Positions 1 to 10,491 of a stretch of DNA of 64,000 nt are shown here, piece after piece. Every line of letters begins with the position of its first letter. Position 1 is the first letter of the stretch. Under the pieces are notes generated by a model that worked only from the letters and a program-made list of their open reading frames with translations, ran no database searches and had not been told where the DNA came from. Where the stretch lies: contig CAVWUU010000004.1 of NCBI GenBank assembly GCA_963758295.1, positions 736,001-800,000 on the forward strand. The letters are read 5' to 3'. This DNA comes from Candidatus Eremiobacteria bacterium (GTDB taxonomy: Bacteria; Vulcanimicrobiota; Vulcanimicrobiia; Vulcanimicrobiales; Vulcanimicrobiaceae). A program made the position numbers and the translations under genes.

Positions 1-1
1 C

Positions 2-259
2 GGCATCGGCAAACCATGGATGGAGCGCACGTACTCGCTCATGGACGAAGATCATGCCCGCTTTCACTTCCTCAAACCATTCATCGATGCGGCGTATCCC
101 ACCGGATACACGCTCTACGATTTGCGGCCGTTCCGCTCCCATTTCAAAGCCATGGGCGTCTCGGACATTGGATTTCGCCAACTCGTCTACGGCTACGACT
201 TCTTAATCCTGGTCCAAAGCACGACGCCCGATCCTGGAATCGCACCGGACATCTTTTGA
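2..259 (+). CDS. 3' end of a CDS entering from the left edge (hypothetical; weak resemblance to erythromycin-esterase-like C-termini)
   Basis: Frame open from base 2 (GIGKPWMERTYS...YDLRPFR...YGYDFLILVQSTTP) to TGA at 257-259; family guess from memory only. Confidence 0.55.
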   Translation, partial: GIGKPWMERTYSLMDEDHARFHFLKPFIDAAYPTGYTLYDLRPFRSHFKAMGVSDIGFRQLVYGYDFLILVQSTTPDPGIAPDIF

Positions 260-299
260 ACGTAAGCAGGAAGCCTTACTCGGAAGGTTTTTGCGCCTG

Positions 300-379
300 G
301 TCACCCTGAGCCCGCCGAAGGGCCGGCGCATATCAGCAATGTTCTATATGCGCCTATAGTTCGACAGGCTGATCGTGAC
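300..379. repeat. Degenerate REP-like palindromic element of the GTCACCCTGAGC...TTCGACAGGCT...GTGAC type between convergent genes
   Basis: GTCACCCTGAGCCCGCCGAAGGG ... TTCGACAGGCTGATCGTGAC with inner GGCGCATAT/ATATGCGCC arms. Confidence 0.6.
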
Positions 380-384
380 GGGCG

Positions 385-1704
385 TCACTCGGAGCGGAAC
401 TCTAAATCCGAGGTGTCACCCATCGGGATTTCGTTGACGCCCTGGAGTTGCGTCATGACGAATTCGGAGAATAGCGCGTTGGGCCAACCGAAGTCCTGGC
501 GCGTGAACCGCTTGGGATCGTTTGGATCGAACGATTCGTGCAGCAGATGATCGCCGGGATCGCTCGCCAGAATTTGCTTGAGCACGTCTTGCTTCTCGGT
601 ATCTGCAGTAGCGGTAAGGCCCTGCATGATCAGCGCGAGCGGCCAGATCCAATGATCGGGCGTGTGCAAGCTGCCGATGCCGCGGGCGACTTGGCCCTGA
701 TAGAACAACGGGTTGTCTTGCGAGAGCAAGAAGCGGCGGGTGTTCTGATAGTAGCGGTCGTCGGGCGTGGTGTAGCCCATGTACGGCGCTGAGAGTAAGC
801 TCGGAACGTTCGCATCGTCGGTGAGGATGGCGTGGCCGAGTCCGTCCACTTCGTAAGCGTAGATGTAGCCGTACTTTGGAACGAGCACGAGGCCGTACGT
901 CTGAATGCCGCGCTGCACTTCGTCGCGCAACGCCTTGGCTTCGTTGGCCTTCACGACGTTGTGATACACGTCGCGTTCGATCTCGGCCATATCCCCGAGC
1001 GCCACGACGGCGAACATTTCCGACGGGATCAAGAAATTGTAGTAACACGCATCATCGGACGGACGGAATCCGGTCCAGATCATGCCCGTATAACCCACGT
1101 CGCGTCCCTTGCCGTTGTTCGTGAGCTCTTTGTGCGAATAGCGCGAGTTGCGCGGATGATCTTGCTCGCGCTGAAGCGTCGCGAGAATCGAGTCCAACGC
1201 CTTTTGGTAGTCGCTGTTGAAGATTGACGTGTCGCCCGTCGTCTTCCAATAGCTCCACGCCAGCGTTACCGGGTAAGCGAGCGAGTCGAGTTCGAACTTC
1301 TGCTCCCACACGCGATAGTCGATGGTAAAGGCGTTGGCATACGGGTCGACGGTCAAGTACTTCGTCATGCGGCCGATGATGGCGCGAAGTAGCGAACGTA
1401 CGTCTGGATCGTCCTTCGCGAAGAACAAATATGGGCGTGCCTGCGCGCTGGCATCGCGAAGCCACTCGGCCGGGATGTCGCCGGTCTTGATGTAAGCCGT
1501 CCCGTCAGGCGCGTACTGCGCGAGCTTCCCTGTGTCCAGCAACGCCGAGCGGAACATCTGTTGAAGGTGTTCGTTCGGATTATTGTAATTGGCGGCTGCC
1601 CGCTCGATCGATTGGAGTTCGAGCGAGGAGCCGGTAAGCGGCGAAACGGCGACGAGCAGCGCGCTGATAAGCGCCAAAACGTTCGTCAGTTTATTCAAGG
1701 CCAC
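385..1704 (-). CDS. Glycoside hydrolase family 125 (exo-alpha-1,6-mannosidase-like), secreted
   Basis: TGDIPAEWLRD, WEQKFELDS, FRPSDD, DDANVPSLL, HESF and FGWPNALF motifs; N-terminal signal peptide. Confidence 0.92.
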   Translation of the reverse strand: MALNKLTNVLALISALLVAVSPLTGSSLELQSIERAAANYNNPNEHLQQMFRSALLDTGKLAQYAPDGTAYIKTGDIPAEWLRDASAQARPYLFFAKDDPDVRSLLRAIIGRMTKYLTVDPYANAFTIDYRVWEQKFELDSLAYPVTLAWSYWKTTGDTSIFNSDYQKALDSILATLQREQDHPRNSRYSHKELTNNGKGRDVGYTGMIWTGFRPSDDACYYNFLIPSEMFAVVALGDMAEIERDVYHNVVKANEAKALRDEVQRGIQTYGLVLVPKYGYIYAYEVDGLGHAILTDDANVPSLLSAPYMGYTTPDDRYYQNTRRFLLSQDNPLFYQGQVARGIGSLHTPDHWIWPLALIMQGLTATADTEKQDVLKQILASDPGDHLLHESFDPNDPKRFTRQDFGWPNALFSEFVMTQLQGVNEIPMGDTSDLEFRSE

Positions 1705-2228
1705 GTCCCATGTGCATATAAGGCGTCGAGTTCCCGGTAGCGGCCCTCGTAATCGAGTCCATAGCCCACGACGTAGACTTCCGGAATCTCGAATCCGCGG
1801 TACCTGATATTAATATCGGCAGTTCTTCTGCCGGGTCTATCCAGCAAGGCGCAGACAGCAAACGAAGCGGGTGCTCGAGAAGCGAGCGTCCTAGCGACAT
1901 ACTGGAGCGTTTGTCCGGTGTCGACCGAGTCGTCCACTAGAATAACGTGGCGACCCTCAACAGATGCTGAGGTGTCCTTATTAAAACGAATGCCCTCGGC
2001 ATCGCTAAACTTCGTGACGGAGATGACGTCGTATTCGCACGGAATATCGATCGCGCGCGTGAGGTCGGCTAAAAAAGGAGCGGCGCCGTTTAAGACGCCG
2101 ACTAAAAGCGGAGTTTTTCCAGCGTAGTCTCGCGAGATCTCTAGCGCGAGTTCGCCGACGCGATGCGAGATCGTCGAAGCGTCGTATAAAACGCTCCCGA
2201 TTTGTCCTTGAGTCCGTGACGATGCCAC
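1695..2228 (-). CDS. hpt: Hypoxanthine phosphoribosyltransferase
   Basis: VGVLNGA, VILVDDSVDTGQT PRPP loop, VVGYGLDY motif. Confidence 0.9.
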   Translation of the reverse strand: MASSRTQGQIGSVLYDASTISHRVGELALEISRDYAGKTPLLVGVLNGAAPFLADLTRAIDIPCEYDVISVTKFSDAEGIRFNKDTSASVEGRHVILVDDSVDTGQTLQYVARTLASRAPASFAVCALLDRPGRRTADINIRYRGFEIPEVYVVGYGLDYEGRYRELDALYAHGTWP

Positions 2229-2250
2229 GGGCTAATTTCTACGACATTCC

Positions 2251-3405
2251 CTACACGGATTCCGCCTTCGACGCGCGCGTCGCGGCGAAAATTTGGAATG
2301 TGAATCTCGCTCCGCCGAGCGGCGACTTTTCCGCCCACACCCGGCCGCCGGCGCGTTCCGCAATCGTCTGCACGATTGCAAGCCCGAGCCCCCGGCCCGA
2401 GCGGCTCGCTACCGACGTACCTCTCGCGCGCAACGCAAAAATCGCCGCTGCATCTTCTTCGGCAACGCCGGGACCGTCGTCGTCGACGTTCAGGAAGATA
2501 TGCGGGTCGGAGCGTTCCGCGCTCACGCGCACCAGGCCGCCGCGCTCGCCGTACTTCACCGCGTTCTCAACGAGGTTTAGGACAGCGTGCATGCACGCGT
2601 CCGAATCGATTCTGCCGAAAAGCCGTTGCGGTACGCACTGTTCGAGGCGAATTCCATTGGTTTGCGCGACCGGCGCCAGTGCATCGAGCGCCTCCCGCAC
2701 AATCGTTGACACGTCGCTCGCGCGACGCGAGTCGGCGACCGAGGAAAGATCCAGCAACGAAAAGTCGAGCATTCCGTCGACAAGGCGTCCCAAGCGCAAC
2801 GCTTCGTTCCTCGCCGTTTGCAAGAAGCGCCGGCTTTGCGGACCGTCAACGCCCTCGTCAAGCAACGTTTCGATGTAGCCGCGAATCGATGTGAGAGGCG
2901 TCCTCAGCTCATGCCCGATCGTCGCGAGGAATTCGTATCGTTCGCGTTCTCGCGCGCCGCGCTCCAACGCGCTCTCCACGCTGCGGCTGAATTCTACGAG
3001 TTCGCTGCGCAACCGTAGGGGATGCCACCCGGTCTCCATGCGCCTTCCGGTAACGAGCCGAACGCCCGCGGCAATGCGTTCGAGCGCCGCGCGAGCATCG
3101 AGCGTCATGAAGCTCGCACCATCGCGCGCCGGCGCCAACATCGCGATTGCGAACCAATCGCTTCCGGGATCGTGCGCGAGCAAATCTTCCTGCCGGACCA
3201 CTTCGCGCGCGCTGGCTCGAAACGCGGCGCTCGTGGCACGTTCCAATCGCCGCGCGGCCGCTTTACCATCCCTCCAGGCCGCCTCGGAGAACTCGGGAAG
3301 CCGAAAGACCAGAAGCGGGACCGTTCTTCCGTCATCGAGCAGCGGCGCCACGAGCGATGAAAGCTGCTGCGAGGAGAGCAGCGCGCGCTCGAGCATCCGC
3401 TTCAT
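2251..3405 (-). CDS. Cytoplasmic sensor histidine kinase with N-terminal degenerate GGDEF-like domain
   Basis: HELRTPLTSIRGY H-box, NLVENAVKY N-box, DDGPG and GLGL G-boxes; no TM helices. Confidence 0.9.
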   Translation of the reverse strand: MKRMLERALLSSQQLSSLVAPLLDDGRTVPLLVFRLPEFSEAAWRDGKAAARRLERATSAAFRASAREVVRQEDLLAHDPGSDWFAIAMLAPARDGASFMTLDARAALERIAAGVRLVTGRRMETGWHPLRLRSELVEFSRSVESALERGARERERYEFLATIGHELRTPLTSIRGYIETLLDEGVDGPQSRRFLQTARNEALRLGRLVDGMLDFSLLDLSSVADSRRASDVSTIVREALDALAPVAQTNGIRLEQCVPQRLFGRIDSDACMHAVLNLVENAVKYGERGGLVRVSAERSDPHIFLNVDDDGPGVAEEDAAAIFALRARGTSVASRSGRGLGLAIVQTIAERAGGRVWAEKSPLGGARFTFQIFAATRASKAESV

Positions 3406-4091
3406 GCGCGCGCGAATTTATAGCCGAAGCCGTGAATGGTCTGCACGTAGTCGGGGAGGTTGGCGTACTCTTCCATCTTTGCGCGCAAACGCCGCACATG
3501 CACGTCGACCGTCCGTTCGTCTCCGTCGAAATCGAAGCCCCAAACCCGCTCGAGCAGTCGTTCCCGGGATAACGCAACGCCCGCATTCACGCCAAGCTCG
3601 AGGAGTAACGCGAATTCGCGCGGCTTTAGATGGAGGTCGGTGCCGTCGATGCGTGCTTCTCGGGCCGCCTCGTCGATTTCGAGCCGTCCGAATTGCAACA
3701 CTGCGCCGGCCGGCTCGATATTGCGGCCGCTGCGCCGGAGAATGGCGCGGACGCGCGCCAGTAATTCGCGTGGTGAAAAAGGCTTCGTTACATAGTCGTC
3801 TGCGCCAAGTTCAAAGCCGACAACGCGGTCGACTTCGTCGGCGCGCGCGGTGAGCATCACGATTGGAATTTCTCGTTCTTCGCGACGAAGCGTGCGCGCG
3901 ACGTCGAATCCGTCGATGCCCGGCAAGCCGACGTCGAGAATAAGCAGATCGGCAGCGTGCCGGGCGCACCGTAGCGCGGCATGACCGTCCGGCACAGCGA
4001 CAACGCTGAATCCGTCGCCCTCCAAATGGTGCTTCAGCAAGTCACGGATTGCCGCATCGTCTTCCGCGACTACGATGGTAGGAGACGCCAT
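3402..4091 (-). CDS. OmpR/PhoB-family response regulator
   Basis: REC domain (EDD, LDVGLP, GADDYVTKPF) plus winged helix (RTVDVHVRRLR, TIHGFGYK). Confidence 0.95.
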   Translation of the reverse strand: MASPTIVVAEDDAAIRDLLKHHLEGDGFSVVAVPDGHAALRCARHAADLLILDVGLPGIDGFDVARTLRREEREIPIVMLTARADEVDRVVGFELGADDYVTKPFSPRELLARVRAILRRSGRNIEPAGAVLQFGRLEIDEAAREARIDGTDLHLKPREFALLLELGVNAGVALSRERLLERVWGFDFDGDERTVDVHVRRLRAKMEEYANLPDYVQTIHGFGYKFARA

Positions 4092-4166
4092 ACTACGTGG
4101 AGTGCCCCTCGCATACCGCGCTCGGACATTTGCGTAAGGCCGCCGGCCTCGGGGTACGATTCGCGC

Positions 4167-5069
4167 GTGGACGAAAAGACCGCCGCCAAAGAAACAACTA
4201 CAAGCGAAGAGCGCGAGGAATCCGACAAATCCTCAGAAGGCACAACCGCATCGCAACTTAGCCAACGAGAAGTACGTGAGGCGGTCAGCCGCGTCAGTCC
4301 CCGGGCCGCGGTCGTCTTTGAAACGGTACGCCGCGAAGGCCAACAAGAACTCGAACGTTCTAACGCTGCGCTGGCATTTTCAGGACTCGCCGCCGGGCTC
4401 TCCATGGGGTTCTCTCTTATAGCCACCGGGCTGCTGCGATCGGTCTTACCGCCGAATGCTCCATGGTCTGCCGTTGTCTCGCAGGCCGGCTACACGCTGG
4501 GATTTCTCATCGTCGTCCTTGGACGCCAGCAACTGTTCACGGAGAACACCGTTACCGCCATCATTCCGCTTCTCGATAACAGAGATCGATTGAAGACTTT
4601 CGGAAACGTCGTGCGCTTGTGGGCGATCGTGCTTGTAACAAATTTGATTGGAGCGCTGATTTTTGCGTTGCTCGTCTATCACAGCGGCGCGTTCGATTCG
4701 AATGTAAAGCGCGCGTTCTTCGAGCTCGGCACCACCACGCTTTCGTACGATTTCGGCACGACGCTCATCAAAGGAATCTTTGCCGGCTGGCTAATCGCGC
4801 TGATGGTTTGGCTTCTTCCGGCCGCACAGTATCAGCGGCTGTGGGTGATTATGATCATCACGTTCGTCGTTGGCGCCGCCGGTTTATCGCATATTATCGC
4901 CGGTTCCGTCGAAGCGCTCTACGCCGTGGTCGCCGGCGGTGCGTCTTGGTCGCGATACTTCATTGACTTCTTGATTCCGGTCTTCATCGGCAACTCGATC
5001 GGCGGCGTGTTGCTGGTATCCATCCTCAATTACGGTCAGGTCGCGCCCGAGAACGAGCAGTCATCGTGA
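4167..5069 (+). CDS. Formate/nitrite transporter family protein (YfdC-like)
   Basis: [30 protein letters not shown]; start placed at GTG 4167. Confidence 0.9.
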   Translation: MDEKTAAKETTTSEEREESDKSSEGTTASQLSQREVREAVSRVSPRAAVVFETVRREGQQELERSNAALAFSGLAAGLSMGFSLIATGLLRSVLPPNAPWSAVVSQAGYTLGFLIVVLGRQQLFTENTVTAIIPLLDNRDRLKTFGNVVRLWAIVLVTNLIGALIFALLVYHSGAFDSNVKRAFFELGTTTLSYDFGTTLIKGIFAGWLIALMVWLLPAAQYQRLWVIMIITFVVGAAGLSHIIAGSVEALYAVVAGGASWSRYFIDFLIPVFIGNSIGGVLLVSILNYGQVAPENEQSS

Positions 5070-5527
5070 GCGCGCTCGTCGGCTAAAGGGCCGTGCAAAG
5101 CGGCGTGGTCGCGCAGAATGGAGTAGATCGTCGAAGCGGGGAAACCCAGGCGTTCCAAGCCGCGAGCGGCAGAGGGATAGCTCAGCGTAGGTTTTTTGCG
5201 CAATAGCATGTCCAGTGCGCGCATGCAGCGCGACCGTTCGTCGTCTTCGAGGACGGCAACGGCCGCATGAGCAGCGTCTCGATCGATGCCCTTGCGAACC
5301 AATTCGCCGATAAGCCGCGAGTTGCCGATGGCCTTGCGTTTGCTTTCGACGTAGAGCTGCGCGAAGAGTTTATCGTCTAAAAAGTGCTCTTCCCGACAAC
5401 GAACGACGACGCCACGAATGGCGTCGTCGTCGTAGCCTCGCCGCTCCAGCTTCTGCCAGAGCTGTGCTTCGGTCAATCGTTGTCGGGCGAGCAACCCCAA
5501 TGCCGCGGCATAGGCGCTCTTCGCCAC
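5036..5527 (-). CDS. recX: Regulatory protein RecX
   Basis: [33 protein letters not shown]; directly downstream of recA. Confidence 0.88.
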   Translation of the reverse strand: MAKSAYAAALGLLARQRLTEAQLWQKLERRGYDDDAIRGVVVRCREEHFLDDKLFAQLYVESKRKAIGNSRLIGELVRKGIDRDAAHAAVAVLEDDERSRCMRALDMLLRKKPTLSYPSAARGLERLGFPASTIYSILRDHAALHGPLADERAHDDCSFSGAT

Positions 5528-5529
5528 GA

Positions 5530-6582
<1,053 letters not shown>

Positions 6583-6681
6583 TGTTTCTCCTCGTTGCTT
6601 TGCGTTTCGCTTTTCCAATACGTTTGCAGTCATCCCGATCACGCTCTCACGGGCAAATGCCAAGTGTATGGCACTTTGGAT

Positions 6682-7608
6682 TTACACGCTGAGAGAATCG
6701 GGAGCATCCTCGAATAGGGCTTGAGTGAACTCGGTTGCGACGAACGGACGAAGCGCGTCCGCGCTTTCGCCGAGTCCGACGAACTTGATGGGAATTTCCA
6801 ACTCATCGACGATTGCGACCAGCACGCCGCCCTTTGCGCTCGAGTCGAGCTTCGTTACGACCACGCCGGTGAGTTGAGCGGTTTCATTGAAGAGCTTCGC
6901 CTGCGAGATCGCGTTCTGTCCCGTCGTCCCGTCGACGACGAGCAGCGTCTCTTCCGGCGGACGGCCGAGTTCGCGCTCGATGATGCGCCGGATCTTCTTT
7001 AACTCTTCCATGAGATTTGTTTTGGTTTGAAGGCGGCCGGCGGTATCGATCAAGATCACGTCGGCATTGCGCGCCACGCCGGCTTTCACGCCGTCGAACA
7101 CGACCGACGCCGGATCGGCGCCCTCGGCGCCACGAATGATTTCGCTTCCGCTGCGCTCGGCCCAGATTTGTAACTGTTCGGCGGCGGCCGCGCGGAACGT
7201 GTCGCCTGCTACGAGCATCACGCGTTTGCCTTCCTTACGAAAGCGTGTCGCGAGTTTGCCGATTGTCGTGGTCTTCCCGCTACCGTTCACGCCGACGACG
7301 AGAATCACCGACGGCCGGTTCGAAAGCGGCATCGCCGAGGGCAGATCCAAGAACCGTTCGACGTCTTTGTGGAACCGCGCGACGGGCTGATCGCTGGTTT
7401 TCCAGGCCTCTTGTTTGGCAACGGTTCGAAGACCGTCGACGATCTTCGTGGTCGTCGGCACGCCGAAGTCCGCAAGGATCAGCAACTCTTCGAGATCGTC
7501 CCAAAATTCGGGCGTAAGCGGCTTCTTCTCGCGGCCCAAGGTTTGGACGGCCGCCAGCGATTCTCGCGCCTTGCCCAGGGAACTCCGGAGTCTTTGGAAC
7601 CAGCTCAC
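6682..7608 (-). CDS. ftsY: Signal recognition particle receptor FtsY
   Basis: GVNGSGKTTT, DTFRAAA, DTAGR, TKLD, GTTGQN motifs. Confidence 0.97.
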   Translation of the reverse strand: MSWFQRLRSSLGKARESLAAVQTLGREKKPLTPEFWDDLEELLILADFGVPTTTKIVDGLRTVAKQEAWKTSDQPVARFHKDVERFLDLPSAMPLSNRPSVILVVGVNGSGKTTTIGKLATRFRKEGKRVMLVAGDTFRAAAAEQLQIWAERSGSEIIRGAEGADPASVVFDGVKAGVARNADVILIDTAGRLQTKTNLMEELKKIRRIIERELGRPPEETLLVVDGTTGQNAISQAKLFNETAQLTGVVVTKLDSSAKGGVLVAIVDELEIPIKFVGLGESADALRPFVATEFTQALFEDAPDSLSV

Positions 7609-7633
7609 GGGAGTCTCTCTTTGGCTTGCTTTT

Positions 7634-7651
7634 ATCGAACTCCTGTTCGAT
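7634..7651. promoter_or_regulatory. Putative LexA (Cheo-type) SOS box upstream of ftsY-recA-recX
   Basis: Perfect palindrome ATCGAAC-TCCT-GTTCGAT matching CGAAC-N4-GTTCG. Confidence 0.6.
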
Positions 7652-7697
7652 TTCGCAACGGCTGCGCCTCTGCGAAATCCGGCACGTGACGCCGCCC

Positions 7698-7781
7698 GGG
7701 GGGCGGCTCCGTTGCCGGTCGGGCGGAATGTGAGGGGGGCGGGGGGGCGGCTCCGTTGCCGGTCGGGCGGAATGTGAGGGG
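7698..7781. repeat. G-rich tandem duplication, 40-bp unit with 44-bp period
   Basis: GGGGGGCGGCTCCGTTGCCGGTCGGGCGGAATGTGAGGGG at 7698-7737 and 7742-7781. Confidence 0.9.
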
Positions 7782-7835
7782 CGGCGGAGGGTGACGAGGG
7801 TGTCGAAGGAGAGGCGCATACGGGGTAGTGCGGAT

Positions 7836-8174
7836 ATGGGTGAGCTAGCCAAAAGAGTATGCGTGCCGTGTAGAGGCGGCGTTCCGCCGATGGAGGCGGA
7901 TGAGATTGAACGGATGCGCGAACAGCTCGGTGAGGGGTGGGAAGTGGTAGAGAATCACCACCTGCGCAAAAAGTACAAGTTCAAGAACTTTAGAGAAGCG
8001 CTCGCGTTTACGAATAGAGTCGGCGCGTTAGCGGAAGAGATCGGACATCATCCGGATATCGAGCTTGGATGGGGCCGGGTTGCGCTCGAGATTTGGACGC
8101 ACAAAATCAACGGCTTAGCGGAGAGCGACTTCATCTTTGCGGCGAAGTGCGACGAGTTGGAGAAAACGGCTTAG
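7836..8174 (+). CDS. Pterin-4-alpha-carbinolamine dehydratase
   Basis: CVPCRGG, AEEIGHHPDI, WTHKINGLAESDFIFAAK. Confidence 0.93.
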   Translation: MGELAKRVCVPCRGGVPPMEADEIERMREQLGEGWEVVENHHLRKKYKFKNFREALAFTNRVGALAEEIGHHPDIELGWGRVALEIWTHKINGLAESDFIFAAKCDELEKTA

Positions 8175-8467
8175 CGGCGATCGCCTGCGGCGGAATCGAC
8201 GCGATAAACGTACGCCAATACTTCGGCGACGACGGCGTAAAGTTCGCGCGGAATGTAATCCGCCACGTCCAAGCGCGCGAGCGCCTCGACCAATCCCGGA
8301 TCTTCGTAAAGCGGAATGTTGCGCTCTTTTGCAATGCGCACGATTTCATCCGCGCTCACGCCGCGTCCAACGGCAAGTACCTGTGGCGGATCGTTCTTTT
8401 GCGGGTCGTACTGCAGCGCCGCGGCTGCCGGCCGGCGGGCGTTTTTGCGAAAATCGAAGAAGTTCAT
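8171..8467 (-). CDS. FlhB C-terminus-like protein (EscU/YscU/HrcU family, FlhX/YlqH type)
   Basis: AAALQYDP, PQVLAVGRG, IPRELYAVVAEVLAYVY. Confidence 0.9.
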   Translation of the reverse strand: MNFFDFRKNARRPAAAALQYDPQKNDPPQVLAVGRGVSADEIVRIAKERNIPLYEDPGLVEALARLDVADYIPRELYAVVAEVLAYVYRVDSAAGDRR

Positions 8468-10155
8468 GCGCGCATATCTACGTTATTTTTGGAGGCGTCT
8501 CGTTTTGCGGATGGCGGCGTAATCGCGGCCGACGCTTGATTTGCGGGCGCGGTTGCTACGCCCGCGGCCATGGAGGCGACGCGATAGCGCAAACCTTCCA
8601 AACGTCCGCGCAAATCCGAAAGCGAATTGCGAAAGCGCGAAGCCGACGATTGCCGCTCGGTTTTTACGTTTAAGCTTACGCTGCGGCCAACGGTTTGCAA
8701 ATCGATGGCGACGGTTCCCATCGTCTTCGTGTCCAGCACAAACGACACGTGGAAGTTGTCGCCGTCCATCTTTTTGCGGCCGTCGGGCGCATCGCGCGAA
8801 ATCGAGAGTTGCGCGGGCTTCCCGCCGTCGTAAAAATAGGCGGGCAATGGGATGGCGATCGAGCTGGGGTCGTTGGACTGCGCGGAAAGCACGTTCAACT
8901 GAAGCGCCGTTGTGGAACCGAGCGCGCTGCTCAAGGCCTGCGTTACTTGCGGCGTCGTCTCGCGCGGCGGGTTCTGCACCAAGGCCATGATTGCCGATTT
9001 TACGTCGTGATCTAAGGCTACCGTTCGTTCAGCGACGCGCGCTGCTACCGACGGCGGCAAATCCGCGGCCTTTGACGTAAGCGCGGTTTGGGCCGGCGCG
9101 GATAGAGCCGTTTGTTCGGCTTCTTCCGCGACCGTGGTGAGCGCGCGTACGATTTGCGCCACTTTATTTTCGGCACCGTCGACGACATGCGAAACGAACG
9201 CGGCGATTTGTTCGGGAAGCGCGTGAGCATTTCGTAGATCGAGCTTCCCGACGAATGCGAGCAACGAGCGCAACGATCCGACGCGTTGATCGTTTGTTTG
9301 GAGCTTGCCCAACGCTTGATCGAGACGCTGATACGAAGACGTAACGTGGCGCGCCGCGTCGTCGGCAAGGCGCACGGCCACGAGCGTTGATGCGGAAATC
9401 GGAACGCGCAGACGCCCGAGCAACGAAGCTTGCGGTGTTTGGGGCGCCGGGCCCGGAACGCCGCGCGAAATTACCGGCGGGACGTTTCGCAAGGTTGCCG
9501 ATGCGGAAGCCGGACCGGGACGAGCCGGCTGAGCGGGCAACGGTTGCGGCGCGCGCGGCGTGGTCGCCGTGCGATTGACCGCAAGTCGCACTTCCACTTC
9601 GCCGTCTTGTTTCGAGACAGCGACGCGCGGTTGAACCGGAGCGCCGCCGTTGGGGTTGGGCCGGACCGACGCAGCTACAAACACTTCACGGGGCGGCGCA
9701 ATCGTCGGCGGCGGCGCAACGGCCGCCGGCGCCGCCGGCGGCGCCATAGCGCCCTGTGGCGTTGGATCGTTCGTCAGAATTGCGGAGACCACCGCGCCTT
9801 CGGGCGGCGGTTCGAACTCCACGTTCACCACCGCCGGCGGGTTTTCGGGATCGATCGTGCCGAGATTGCGAACGAAAATCTGCTGACCTTGAAATCCCGT
9901 GACCTGCAACAGCATCGATTCGCCCGGGTCGATCCCGGGCGGCAACTGCGCCGCGATAGTCTGACCCAGCAGCGAAATGCGGTCGACGCCGTTTTGCGGA
10001 GGCAACACAAGCGCATCGAGAAGGTCGCCGACGTTGATCTGCGCCTGCAGAACCTCTGCCGATACACCAAGATCGACGGCCGTATCCGCCGTAAAATTCT
10101 GTGCCGCAAGCGCCGCGCGGGCTGCAATGGCGGTTAGCGGATCGAGATTCGACAC
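8464..10155 (-). CDS. Flagellar hook-length control FliK-like protein
   Basis: Pro/Ala-rich linker plus C-terminal FliK-type domain (FVLDTKTMGTVAIDL...L...L..LRY); adjacent to flhB-like gene. Confidence 0.7.
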   Translation of the reverse strand: MSNLDPLTAIAARAALAAQNFTADTAVDLGVSAEVLQAQINVGDLLDALVLPPQNGVDRISLLGQTIAAQLPPGIDPGESMLLQVTGFQGQQIFVRNLGTIDPENPPAVVNVEFEPPPEGAVVSAILTNDPTPQGAMAPPAAPAAVAPPPTIAPPREVFVAASVRPNPNGGAPVQPRVAVSKQDGEVEVRLAVNRTATTPRAPQPLPAQPARPGPASASATLRNVPPVISRGVPGPAPQTPQASLLGRLRVPISASTLVAVRLADDAARHVTSSYQRLDQALGKLQTNDQRVGSLRSLLAFVGKLDLRNAHALPEQIAAFVSHVVDGAENKVAQIVRALTTVAEEAEQTALSAPAQTALTSKAADLPPSVAARVAERTVALDHDVKSAIMALVQNPPRETTPQVTQALSSALGSTTALQLNVLSAQSNDPSSIAIPLPAYFYDGGKPAQLSISRDAPDGRKKMDGDNFHVSFVLDTKTMGTVAIDLQTVGRSVSLNVKTERQSSASRFRNSLSDLRGRLEGLRYRVASMAAGVATAPANQASAAITPPSAKRDASKNNVDMRA

Positions 10156-10167
10156 GCGGCTAAGGCT

Positions 10168-10491
10168 CTAAACGGTGACGTCGATGAAGTGCTCGCCGTC
10201 GCCGGCCAGCCCGAGGGCGTTGCCTTCATCTTCGTAAGGGCCGCGACGCTGCCGTTGCTGCGGGGTATATCCCTGTCCGCCCTGATGGCCGTCGGCGTTC
10301 GTCTGAATCAGCGAACCGTGCGCAGACTGCGTCTGTTCGACAGTCTCTTCGCGCTTTTCGAGTTCGGCGGCGAAGGTTGCCTGGGCCGCCTGTTGAGCCG
10401 CTTGCGGAGCGTTCTGGGCGCTGTTAACCTGGGCCGCGCTCTGTGGAGCGGCCATATAAGCCAGTTGAAGATCCACTGGGCGAATCGCCAT
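10168..10491 (-). CDS. Conserved flagellar-locus hypothetical protein (MAIRPVDLQ...GEHFIDVTV type)
   Basis: Gln/Ala-rich ORF with N- and C-terminal motifs typical of the small gene after fliA/sigD. Confidence 0.75.
   Translation of the reverse strand: MAIRPVDLQLAYMAAPQSAAQVNSAQNAPQAAQQAAQATFAAELEKREETVEQTQSAHGSLIQTNADGHQGGQGYTPQQRQRRGPYEDEGNALGLAGDGEHFIDVTV

Noticed and set aside
7698..7781. Possible CRISPR array
   Set aside because: Only two units with a 4-nt gap, no spacers and no cas genes
10424..10491. 68-nt overlap of the fliA C-terminal extension with the next gene
   Set aside because: Low-complexity tail, most simply explained by stop-codon drift; no evidence of function
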